The notes under the pieces are model-generated. The model was given only the letters and a program-made list of their open reading frames with translations, was not told the DNA's origin and ran no database searches. The position numbers and the translations under genes are program-made. This document shows positions 1 to 8,724 of a DNA stretch of 64,000 bases, in pieces. Each line of letters begins with the position of its first letter. Positions within the stretch are counted from its first letter, which is position 1. The stretch comes from an uncultured Candidatus Micrarchaeota archaeon. Its GTDB lineage: Archaea > Micrarchaeota > Micrarchaeia > Micrarchaeales > Micrarchaeaceae. The DNA is taken from positions 64,001-128,000 of the forward strand of contig CAVUGN010000001.1 of NCBI GenBank assembly GCA_963741095.1, given 5' to 3'.

Positions 1-258
1 GTTGCGCACGCTCTTCGGCAGCCTGCTGAAGTAGGGCTGCCCGAGGAATATCTCGAGGAATGTCTCCATGTCCGCGAGCTTGTTCTGCCGCATTATTATC
101 TTGAGCCCGTCCTTGGTCTCGACCTCGTAGGTCCGGTCGGGCAATGCGATTCCGGCTTTGTTCAGCATGAAGAAGTACATGAACTCCGGCCAGCTTGCAG
201 CTGACAGCGAATTGAAGTACATGCCAAGCGTGTCAAGGTTCGTGATGGCGTTGTCCAT
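1..258 (-). CDS. Partial CDS (5' end), possibly a second FkbM-type methyltransferase
   Basis: Open frame from ATG 258 runs off the window: MDNAITNLDTLGMYF...KDGLKIIMRQNKLADMETFLEIFLGQPY; resembles the region preceding the SAM motif in FkbM proteins. Confidence 0.45.
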   Translation of the reverse strand, partial: MDNAITNLDTLGMYFNSLSAASWPEFMYFFMLNKAGIALPDRTYEVETKDGLKIIMRQNKLADMETFLEIFLGQPYFSRLPKSVRN

Positions 259-419
259 GGAAGATGCACATTTGATGTTGTTGATTCGGCTGTTATTGTC
301 TGTACAAATTTAAAAAGACCGCATATCTTAGGGAATAGACGGAAAGCTATTTAATTGGGGGTACCCAGTACTATAACGTCAGTGGGAGTGCGTATTCTGG
401 CGCGTTTTGCGATGATGGA

Positions 420-1367
420 ATGAACTACGGCGTTATAGATTATCTGTTCGGCGTCTACGGCGGATCGAAGGAGCTGCCACACATAATGATGGTCGCTAAG
501 AACTGGTACACCGTTGCGCTCTTCCATCTCGGATTGGTGTCGTCGTTCTACCTCAAGGTGAGGGGCGAGAAGGACAAGAAGGTCTGGATAGGCAGCTACG
601 CCGACTACGACAGGTTCTGGAGGGACACAGGCAGCATGAAACTGCTTGAGAATTCGGATGTCTACAAGAGGGTGAAGATAAGGAAGGATTTTGTGGAATT
701 CTCTTACAAGGGAAAAATACTCAGGTTCTTTTACGAAGGAAACGCGCAGCTCATTGACGCGATAAGCCTGATAGGCGAGCAGTTCTGGAGCGATGCTTAC
801 AAGCGCCTAGAGGCCAAGGGCAACACCGTCATCGACGTAGGCGCCAACGTCGGGGATTCCGCGGTATACTTTGTCATGAACGGCGCAAAACACACCTACG
901 CCTTTGAGCCTTACCCTTACGCCTACAGGAAGGCTGTGCGCAACATCAGCACTAACGGGCTGGGCGGCAAGATCACCATGATAAACGCAGGATGCGACGG
1001 CAAGGACACGCACATGACGCTTGACGATGGGCTCAGGAGCAATTCGGGCAGCAGATTGGAGAAAGTGAAAAGCGGCAAGAGAGTGCCCATGCTCTCGCTC
1101 GATACGATAGTGGAGAGGTACTGCAAAGAGGATGCGGTGCTGAAGATGGACTGCGAAGGTTATGAGTACCCGGCGATACTGAAGGCGAAGACGGCAACGC
1201 TCAGGAAGTTCAAGCGCATGATGATAGAGTACCACGACGGCTACAGGAATCTGGAGGCGAGGCTGCGAGAGGCCGGGTTCGAAGTAAGGCACGACAGGCC
1301 CAACACGATATCGCATTCGCATCACTTGGTGGGCCTCATGTTCGCGCGGAGAATCGATGCGAAGTGA
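420..1367 (+). CDS. FkbM family SAM-dependent methyltransferase
   Basis: VIDVGANVGDS, YAFEP and LKMDCEGYE motifs. Confidence 0.9.
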   Translation: MNYGVIDYLFGVYGGSKELPHIMMVAKNWYTVALFHLGLVSSFYLKVRGEKDKKVWIGSYADYDRFWRDTGSMKLLENSDVYKRVKIRKDFVEFSYKGKILRFFYEGNAQLIDAISLIGEQFWSDAYKRLEAKGNTVIDVGANVGDSAVYFVMNGAKHTYAFEPYPYAYRKAVRNISTNGLGGKITMINAGCDGKDTHMTLDDGLRSNSGSRLEKVKSGKRVPMLSLDTIVERYCKEDAVLKMDCEGYEYPAILKAKTATLRKFKRMMIEYHDGYRNLEARLREAGFEVRHDRPNTISHSHHLVGLMFARRIDAK

Positions 1368-1431
1368 TGCGATTCTCTCGTTTAGTGCGGCGTTACGTCA
1401 CTGATAAAAGCCTTATTGTTGTAGCCATAAT

Positions 1432-3074
1432 ATGGCTATACTCGACTTTGTGGTATCGCTACTTGTCGATATATCGTTCTCATGGCTGAGGATGCTCGTC
1501 GCGCTGCTCATCTCCATCCTTCTGGGGCTCGGGATAGGCATATACGCGGCGCGCAGGGAATGGGCCGAGAAGGTCATAATGCCGATAATCGACATTCTGC
1601 AAACGCTGCCGATACTCGCCTTCTTCCCTTTCGTCATATACGTCATCGTCGCGACCGTGCCCGGCTACGTGGGGATAAACGCGGCGGTCATATTCCTCAT
1701 AATAACGAGCATGGTCTGGAACATCATCTTCGGGGCCTTCGAGGCGGTCAAGACGTTGCCGCTTGAGATCTCAGAGGTATCTGAGGTGTACAGGATGGGC
1801 GCGCTGGGAAGGATAAGAAGGATATGGCTGCCTGCGAGCATGCCAAAGGTCGTGGAGCAGGCGATGCTCTCATGGTCTATCGGGCTCTTTTACCTCGTCA
1901 CTAGCGAGATCTTCTCCACCGCGAACAGCACCTACACGGTCAAGTACGGCATAGGAGTCGCACTCACGAACCTCGCGCTGTCGGGCAATTACCTCGAGTA
2001 CGCGCTCGGCATCGGCGTATTCATAATCTTTGTAATCCTGACAAGGGCGCTGCTCTTCGCGCCGCTTGGAGACCTATCTTCTCGCCTTACGGCGACCAGA
2101 AGCAGAGGAAGCACAGGCTGTCAAATTTCATACACCGGTTCAAGACGCCCAGGCTGCTGCGGGTGCACTGGCATGTCTTCAACATCGAACTGAAACACAG
2201 GCCGCGCATCAACTACGCGGCGAGAAACGAGAACATGACGAAGGCGAAGACGGGAAAGCACCTGCTGGACAGGCGCGGCTACACCCTCTTGGCGGTTGGG
2301 ATGGTCGCCCTCCTGCTCATTTCGCTTTACAGCATCGGAATCATCACTGTCAAGGATTTCGGCTACGAGTACGAGGTGCTTTTGGCGCTTGGCGCGTCGT
2401 TCGCAAGGATCTGGCTGGCCTTCGCTGTGATACTTGCGATATCCGTGCCCGTCAGCGTCTACCTCGTCTTCATGGCGAAGCACAGGAACGCCTACGTCAC
2501 GCTGTTCCAGGTGCTGGCATCCATACCCGCGACGATACTGCTGCCGCTCATAGTCCTTGGCCTGCAGAAATCGCCGTACCACAACGAGCTCGTGGCCTTT
2601 GTCATTTTCGTCCTCAGCGGCCTGTGGTACGTGATATTTGGCATAATGTCGAACAGGAATGCGATACAGAACAGCGTGTTGGAGGCGAAGGAGGTGTTTG
2701 GGGTGAAGGGAATAAAAGCATGGAAGTCGATCTACCTTAAGGCGATAGTGCCGGGATTGATAACCGGCGCAGTGACCTGCATAGGCGCTGAATGGAACGC
2801 AAGCATAGTGGCCGAGTATTTCAAGGCGCCGGTTGCAATGAACACCACCACGATTGCAGGCAGCACGGCTGTGGCCAACTCTGCGGCAACACTGAACGGC
2901 ACGGTGCTGACTTCGGTGAAGGTAGGAATGGGTAAATTCCTGAACGTCGAGCTTGCTGCGGGGCACTACTGGCTGATGGCGCTGGCATTGATAAACATGA
3001 CTGTGATGATTGTACTGATAAACAGGCTGCTGTGGAAGAGGGCATACAACAGCGTTGCGAAGGTGTACAAGTAA
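1432..3074 (+). CDS. NitT/TauT-family ABC transporter double-domain permease, frameshifted near 2065-2080 (ORFs 1432..2193 and 2163..3074)
   Basis: Two permease halves (DILQTLPILAFFP; QVLASIPATILLP), followed by the ATPase gene; removing 2 nt near 2070 joins the frames. Confidence 0.8.
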
Positions 3075-3085
3075 GAAAAGGTGCT

Positions 3086-3829
3086 ATGATGGACATTATC
3101 GATGTAGAGGATGTTTCTTACAGCTTCGGGGAATTGAGGATAATGGAGGACATCTCGTTCTCCAGCCAGCTCAACCAGTTCGTCTCGCTGATAGGTCCGT
3201 CCGGCTGCGGCAAGAGCACGCTTCTCAGGATAATGGCGGGTCTGATAAAGCCGGATACGGGCGAGGTCCTTTACAAAGGCAGGCGGGTCGAGGGGCCGAT
3301 AAAGGAGATATCGTTCGTCTTCCAGGACTTCGGCCTGCTGCCGTGGCTCACGAACCTTGAGAACGTGAAAATCGGCCTTTCTGCGGCAAACATGAGCGAA
3401 GAGAGGAAGACCGCAGCGGCAAAGAAGCTGCTGGCGCAGTTCAAGCTTGACGGATTCGAGAATTCTTATCCGAACATGCTCAGCGGGGGCATGAAGCAGC
3501 GCATAGGAGTGGCGCGCGCGATAGCCTCCGAGCCGAGGGTGCTATTGATGGATGAGCCCTTCAGTTCCGTGGACGAGCTGACGGCAGAGACGCTGAGGAC
3601 GGACATAATGCACATGCTCAAGAGCAAGGACATATCCGTGAATACGGTCGTGATGGTCACCCATAACGTCGAAGAGGCGGTGGAGATGTCTGACAAGATA
3701 GTGATCCTGTCTAACAAGCCCTCGCGCGTCAAGGAGATAAAGACGATCGATTGGAAGTACCCGAGGAGCAGGAGGGACAAGAGGTTCATGGACCTTGTGG
3801 ATTATGTCTACAAGGTGCTGACGAAATAG
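3086..3829 (+). CDS. ABC transporter ATP-binding protein (NitT/TauT family)
   Basis: GPSGCGKS Walker A, LSGGMKQR signature, LLMDEPF Walker B; ATG at 3086. Confidence 0.93.
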   Translation: MMDIIDVEDVSYSFGELRIMEDISFSSQLNQFVSLIGPSGCGKSTLLRIMAGLIKPDTGEVLYKGRRVEGPIKEISFVFQDFGLLPWLTNLENVKIGLSAANMSEERKTAAAKKLLAQFKLDGFENSYPNMLSGGMKQRIGVARAIASEPRVLLMDEPFSSVDELTAETLRTDIMHMLKSKDISVNTVVMVTHNVEEAVEMSDKIVILSNKPSRVKEIKTIDWKYPRSRRDKRFMDLVDYVYKVLTK

Positions 3830-3836
3830 AGGCTTG

Positions 3837-4313
3837 TTACGGTATCGACCAGGTGTCGTTGCTCACGTCGTAGGACAGCATCCTCAACCTTACCGCCCAT
3901 TTCAGCAGCAGCATCTTGAGGAGCTCTGCGTCGACCGATTTTTCAGTGTAAAGCGTTATGCCTGCGCCGCTGAGAAGATCCGCGAGCTTGCTGGTGCTGA
4001 CGCGTTTCTGCAGACCCACTATCTCTAGAACGTGCTTGAATGGCTCTATCTTTGATAGCTGCCTTGAGAGCTCGTTGCGCATGTTCCCGGCCGTCAGGTT
4101 GATGCCGTACTCTGTTAGTTGTATGGAGCCTTCATTGACGGTGCAGAGCCCCAGCATCCTGCATGCGTCGACAAGCGGCAGTAGGACATCGATCCCCTTC
4201 TTCGTCTCTTCCGCGACCTTTGACAACTCTATGGAATTCCCGTTGTCCTTAGCGAGTTTGATTAGGCTTCGAAGCTCTGTTATGCCTGTGTTCAGCGGGA
4301 ACATCTCATTCAT
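3837..4313 (-). CDS. Stand-alone AAA-associated C-terminal domain protein (of nitrate/sulfonate ABC ATPases)
   Basis: IDVLLPLVDACRMLGL...IQLTEYG and LLKWAVRLRMLSYD patterns; convergent with the ABC ATPase. Confidence 0.7.
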   Translation of the reverse strand: MNEMFPLNTGITELRSLIKLAKDNGNSIELSKVAEETKKGIDVLLPLVDACRMLGLCTVNEGSIQLTEYGINLTAGNMRNELSRQLSKIEPFKHVLEIVGLQKRVSTSKLADLLSGAGITLYTEKSVDAELLKMLLLKWAVRLRMLSYDVSNDTWSIP

Positions 4314-4379
4314 GGGATTCCTTTCAATATTTTCTGATAAAGCTTTTAAGCTTGCTGTTGCCGGGTTGCCTGCAGAGAA

Positions 4380-4901
4380 CTACCAGGGAACCTTCTTGAG
4401 CCGGAGCGCGTTCGCGCAGATGTTTGCGATCAGGTGCAACGGGCCCGTCAGCAGTAGGAGGAAGAGGAAGCCGTAGAGTGTCGGCAGATGGCCCAGCGGA
4501 AACGCAAAGAGCAGCGCGAAGAAGAAGAAGCCGTACTGATCGAGCAACGGAACGTTGGTGCCGGGCGCCATGCCCGCCTGTCTCTTCATGAAGCTGCCCA
4601 GCAGGTCCCCGAATATCGCGCCCAGCGACAGTGCTATTGAGGTATAGAGCAGGTATGGAAGGACTTGGCCCTCAACGATCCCGACTATCAATCCCACGAT
4701 TATGCCTGCCACGACTCCCTTTATCGTCTTGCTGTTGCCGAATATCCTCTTCTTCCTAAATCTCTTGTTAAGGTCGAGGGGCCTTCCGCCGCCGAATATT
4801 ACAGGAGCCCCGTTCGCAGCATAGGCCGCGAATATGTAGATTAGCGGGTAAATCACTATGGAATAGAGATTCTCGTACAACGGATCACGCCTTTGCCTCA
4901 A
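4380..4901 (-). CDS. carS: CDP-archaeol synthase (copy 1)
   Basis: AYAANGAP, IFGNSKTIKG, GDLLGSFMKRQ, PLLDQ motifs; real start possibly TTG 4880. Confidence 0.88.
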   Translation of the reverse strand: MRQRRDPLYENLYSIVIYPLIYIFAAYAANGAPVIFGGGRPLDLNKRFRKKRIFGNSKTIKGVVAGIIVGLIVGIVEGQVLPYLLYTSIALSLGAIFGDLLGSFMKRQAGMAPGTNVPLLDQYGFFFFALLFAFPLGHLPTLYGFLFLLLLTGPLHLIANICANALRLKKVPW

Positions 4902-7557
4902 GTCTTCCTTCCGCTATCCTCTTTGAACCGCCGCCCTTGAATGCCATGTCTTGCCTCTTTGCCTCCTCTTTTGCGAATTCGAGCGCGTCCTCTTCGGATT
5001 CGCTACCGGAGACTGCGACTACTTCCGAACGCTTGTTGTAGAGCAGTATTGCCCCCTTAGGCTTCGCGTCAGCGAATTTCGTTGCTATCTTCCTGAGCAG
5101 ACTCCTCTCGTAGTCGAGCTCTTTGACTAGCTCGTCGTCGCGCTCCTCGGCTAGCTCCTTTGCGATGTAGCCGCTGAGCTGGTCCTCCATAGACTCATAG
5201 CTGTATTTGTACAATCCCAGTTCCTTCATCTTTGCTGACAGCCCCGGTTCCAGCTTATCCCTGTCGACTCCGGTAAGCTTCGCAAGGTTGTCTATGCTGT
5301 GCTCCATGCCTATCACGTGCTCCAGCGCAGCCGGACCCGCCACGAACTCTATCCTGTTTATCCCGTCATGGATTCTCGATGAGCGTATTATTTTTATTAT
5401 GCCTATTTCTGATTCCTTGCCGCCGAGATGGAGGCCTCCACAAGCCTCAGCGTCTATGAGGTTGCCCTTCAGGTCCCTTATCTGGATTATCCTGAGCTTC
5501 CCAGACGGGGTGCCGTGGCCCTGGTAGATTGAGAAGCCGAACTTCGCTTCCGCCTCCTTCCGGTCCATCTCCTCTGCGCTGACCTTTATGCCATTCATTA
5601 TGTACGAATTTGCCTTGCTCTCTATCTCCTCGATCTGCTTGTCGCTAAGCTTCTCGTAGTGCGCTATGTCTATGTGGGCTTTGTCGTAGGATTTCTTCGC
5701 CCCTTCCTGCCAGGCGTGCTTGCCCAAAACGGCTCTTGCCGCTGCGCTGACCAGGTGCGTTGCCGTGTGATGCGCCACCAGCCTCATTCTGCGTTCTCCG
5801 TCAATTATGCAATGGACTGACTGGCCCTTCTTGAACGGCGCGGGCTTGACCAGAGTGTGCACTATGACACCGCCGGTGCTCTGTACGTCCTTGACACCGA
5901 CGCCCTCTATTGAACCGGTATCCGCTTCCTGGCCTCCGCTCTCAGCATAGAACGGCGTCCTGTCCAATACGACCATGTTGCCCGAAACGAGCAGCACCTT
6001 GGAATCTGATTCATGAACATCGCTATAGAACAGCTTGGTTGTAGAGGGGATACCGGTGACATCGATGCCGGCGACCTTTGGTTCCTTTCTCTTCTCTGTG
6101 AAATCTCCCTTGACGAGCTCGTTGTATGATTGTTCAGGTATGTCGATCTTTACCTTCTTCGATTCTGCTATGGATTTTATGAAATCTGGCGTAATGCCGT
6201 TGCTTTCGTACAAAGTCCTCACGCGCTCCGGAGTCAATGGCTCATGCTTCTCTATGACCATGTTGACTATCTTCTGCGCCGCTGCCTTGCTGTTCTCGTA
6301 TCTCTTCCTTTCCACTTCGATAACGTCGTTTATCTCGTTCAGGCTCTCGCCCACATGGCTGTAGAGCCCCGAGAGATCTTTGGAGTGCATCTCGATTATT
6401 TTCATGAGGTCCATGTTCAACCCGTACTGGCTGGCGAGGTCGAATATCCTTCTGAGTATGATTCGCAGGTTGTAGCCCCCTCCGACATTGCTCGGCAGCG
6501 CGCCGTCGCTTATCGCGAACAGCAGCGTCCTCGTGTGGTCGGCTATCGCGTACGCGGCCTGCATCGGCTTTATTACATTCATGTAATCGCTTTCCGACAT
6601 GCCTGCCTTCTGCAGCAGCTTCTTCTCGAACGCATCGATGTCAGACATCTCGTCCATGTTCATGAGGCCGAAGCTGCCCGCTATCTTTGAATACGCCTTA
6701 ACGTCATGCTTGATGCCGGTGCTGTGGTGTATGTAGTCTAGCTCCTTCTTGAAGACCGCATCGTAAGCGGTTTGCGTGCCGCAGTGGTACCACAGTAGAC
6801 GTTCGAAGCCCCAGCCCACGTCCACGACCTTGCTGCTGAGCTCCCTTGTCTTGCCGTTGAAGTACTCGAACTGCGTGAAAACGTTGTTGCCAAGCTCCAG
6901 CCCTTTCGAAAAGAACTCCAGGCTGGGGCCGAATTCAGAGAAGTCGCCCATGGCCCAGACGTCCTCGATGTAAGTCATATCCTTCTTGTCGATTCCCAGC
7001 ACCTCCGTAAGGAACTTGAAATTCAATTCGATGGTCCGATCGCGCCAGTACCCCTCCTTGGGGTAGTTGAACACCGTCTGATTGGCCATCATGAACGAGG
7101 TGAAGTGACGGCCGGTGATGCCGACGTTGGATATGTCGTTGAAGCGCATGCATATCTGCGGCACGACAAGCGGATTGGCTGGGTACTCGAAATTCATCTT
7201 CCCACCCTCTATGCGCTGGAAGTCCTGTATGCCGGCGATCGTAAAGTAAAGATCCTGCCTCCACCTGCTGACGACCGGATAGCTGTCAACGATCGCATGG
7301 CCTTCCTTCTTGAAGAAATTGGAGAACTTGTTCCAGAATTCGATGTATTCTACGCTCTTCGGCTTATCCTTTATGAAGGAGTATGGCTCATGCGCTGGGT
7401 CGCCGCAAAGTTCCCTTTCATTGTCGACGGTCCAGAAGCTCTTCCCGCACAGTTTGCACGTCTTCCTCTCGAATCCCTCTTTCTTGAACGTCTCCGTTAC
7501 GTAGTACTTGTTGGGCGTCTTGGAAAATTCGCTCCTCAGTTGCTCTTTGTTAAGCAT
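4885..7557 (-). CDS. alaS: Alanine--tRNA ligase
   Basis: FTIAGIQDFQ, VDVGWGFER, ADHTRT, HTATHL and ACGGLH editing motifs. Confidence 0.97.
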   Translation of the reverse strand: MLNKEQLRSEFSKTPNKYYVTETFKKEGFERKTCKLCGKSFWTVDNERELCGDPAHEPYSFIKDKPKSVEYIEFWNKFSNFFKKEGHAIVDSYPVVSRWRQDLYFTIAGIQDFQRIEGGKMNFEYPANPLVVPQICMRFNDISNVGITGRHFTSFMMANQTVFNYPKEGYWRDRTIELNFKFLTEVLGIDKKDMTYIEDVWAMGDFSEFGPSLEFFSKGLELGNNVFTQFEYFNGKTRELSSKVVDVGWGFERLLWYHCGTQTAYDAVFKKELDYIHHSTGIKHDVKAYSKIAGSFGLMNMDEMSDIDAFEKKLLQKAGMSESDYMNVIKPMQAAYAIADHTRTLLFAISDGALPSNVGGGYNLRIILRRIFDLASQYGLNMDLMKIIEMHSKDLSGLYSHVGESLNEINDVIEVERKRYENSKAAAQKIVNMVIEKHEPLTPERVRTLYESNGITPDFIKSIAESKKVKIDIPEQSYNELVKGDFTEKRKEPKVAGIDVTGIPSTTKLFYSDVHESDSKVLLVSGNMVVLDRTPFYAESGGQEADTGSIEGVGVKDVQSTGGVIVHTLVKPAPFKKGQSVHCIIDGERRMRLVAHHTATHLVSAAARAVLGKHAWQEGAKKSYDKAHIDIAHYEKLSDKQIEEIESKANSYIMNGIKVSAEEMDRKEAEAKFGFSIYQGHGTPSGKLRIIQIRDLKGNLIDAEACGGLHLGGKESEIGIIKIIRSSRIHDGINRIEFVAGPAALEHVIGMEHSIDNLAKLTGVDRDKLEPGLSAKMKELGLYKYSYESMEDQLSGYIAKELAEERDDELVKELDYERSLLRKIATKFADAKPKGAILLYNKRSEVVAVSGSESEEDALEFAKEEAKRQDMAFKGGGSKRIAEGRLEAKA

Positions 7558-8442
7558 TCAAAGCACGCTTTGCGGCCACCACACCTTGCATTCCTTGCCG
7601 TAGAATGCACAGTATGAGCATTTCCATTTCTCTTCCTCTGGCACGGGCAGCGATTTTCTTTCGCCGCTCCAATATTTCATAATATACTTTATTATGTCTT
7701 GCATCTCCTTCGGATCGTAATCGAACTTGTGGAGGTCTATCTCCTTGCCAGTGAACTGGTCTATGTACTTTATGCAGAGCATGTCGCTTACGGTGCCGAT
7801 GCTCTTGAATTCCTGGAAGAAGCGGCCTGCGATTGAGTTTATGTTTTGTATCGGCTTCTCAACGCCAATCGCGTCAAGTTGCCTTATGAACTCCGGGGTA
7901 AGCTTCATCAGGGTGGTGTGGTAGGCATTGGTGAAGTTGGTCACAGCGTATTCGCCGCTCACTATGTCATCGACAAGCTTCTTGTAGACCATTATCTGCA
8001 CGCGGTGGGTGGTTATCTGCGAGCTTGACGGTATCTTGTTGTTGGCCCTTGTTTTATCCTCAAAAATGAGGACTTTCCCGTCCTTTATGTCTAGTTGGTC
8101 GATTTTGCCGACAACTTTGTAGCCTGATATTGAGCCATAGAGCTGCACCTCTCGCGTTTTCTTGTTCTTCTTCAGGGCGCAGAGCGCCATGTAGCTGGTG
8201 TAAAGGCTCTTGTAGAGGAAGTCGGCATAGCCGGTGGGCTGCAGTATGATAGGAACATTGACCTCGCCCTCAAGCTCCTCGTGAAGCGAGGTCCCAGCCT
8301 TTATCGCTGCGGTTATCTTCTTGCCGTACCTATAGTTATACTCCATCTGCCGTTCGCACCAGTACTGCGACGCTATGTCCGAGACGCGGATGCTGGTTTT
8401 GTGCAGTTCCTCCATTATGCTCAAGTTTACACCTTGCTTCAC
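7558..8442 (-). CDS. Exonuclease V (Exo5)/Cas4-like PD-(D/E)XK nuclease with Fe-S cysteines
   Basis: SQYWCERQ, GTSLHEELE, GKIDQL, FEDKT, KCSYCAFYGKEC. Confidence 0.8.
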   Translation of the reverse strand: MKQGVNLSIMEELHKTSIRVSDIASQYWCERQMEYNYRYGKKITAAIKAGTSLHEELEGEVNVPIILQPTGYADFLYKSLYTSYMALCALKKNKKTREVQLYGSISGYKVVGKIDQLDIKDGKVLIFEDKTRANNKIPSSSQITTHRVQIMVYKKLVDDIVSGEYAVTNFTNAYHTTLMKLTPEFIRQLDAIGVEKPIQNINSIAGRFFQEFKSIGTVSDMLCIKYIDQFTGKEIDLHKFDYDPKEMQDIIKYIMKYWSGERKSLPVPEEEKWKCSYCAFYGKECKVWWPQSVL

Positions 8443-8532
8443 ATAACGTGCTTAATGATTATAAATATCGTTGTTAACACGTTGCTACAGAAGGCGTTTA
8501 AAGCTTTCCAGAGAAGGTGATGCAGTGAGATT

Positions 8533-8562
8533 ATGAAAGGAGGAACTGGAGATGGAAACTAG
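8533..8562 (+). CDS. Candidate micro-ORF MKGGTGDGN
   Basis: TATA at 8497-8502, then AGTGAG-ATT-ATG, stop TAG. Confidence 0.4.
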   Translation: MKGGTGDGN

Positions 8563-8573
8563 TGGTTGAGATT

Positions 8574-8591
8574 ATGGGAGACGGAATGTAG
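8574..8591 (+). CDS. Candidate micro-ORF MGDGM
   Basis: GTTGAG-ATT-ATG; similar at DNA level to the 3' half of the first micro-ORF. Confidence 0.33.
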   Translation: MGDGM

Positions 8592-8600
8592 TTATGTGGT

Positions 8601-8618
8601 ACGTACAAGATTGTACGT
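8601..8618. promoter_or_regulatory. Perfect palindrome ACGTACAA-GA-TTGTACGT (operator or terminator candidate)
   Basis: 8-bp arms, lying between the two repeat units. Confidence 0.45.
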
Positions 8619-8678
8619 GTTTGTGTGCAACTACAAAAGGCATTTAAAGGTTGCTAGAGAAGTTTGGATAGTGAGATT

Positions 8679-8699
8679 ATGGAAGGATCGTGCGGTTGA
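8679..8699 (+). CDS. Candidate micro-ORF MEGSCG
   Basis: TATA at 8643-8648, then AGTGAG-ATT-ATG, stop TGA. Confidence 0.38.
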   Translation: MEGSCG

Positions 8700-8724
8700 T
8701 AGGGATAATAGTTTTCGTGTTTGT

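Larger units (their letters stand above)
8485..8687 (+). repeat. Two 57-nt direct repeats (8485-8541 and 8631-8687), each with TATA box + SD + ATG
   Basis: Ungapped alignment gives 45/57 identity by hand count; conserved TTTAAAG and AGTGAGATTATG. Confidence 0.8.

Noticed and set aside
7558-8700. CRISPR locus (Cas4-like gene next to repeats)
   Set aside because: Only two 57-nt degenerate repeats with promoter features; no regular repeat-spacer array or other cas genes; the nuclease looks Exo5-like.
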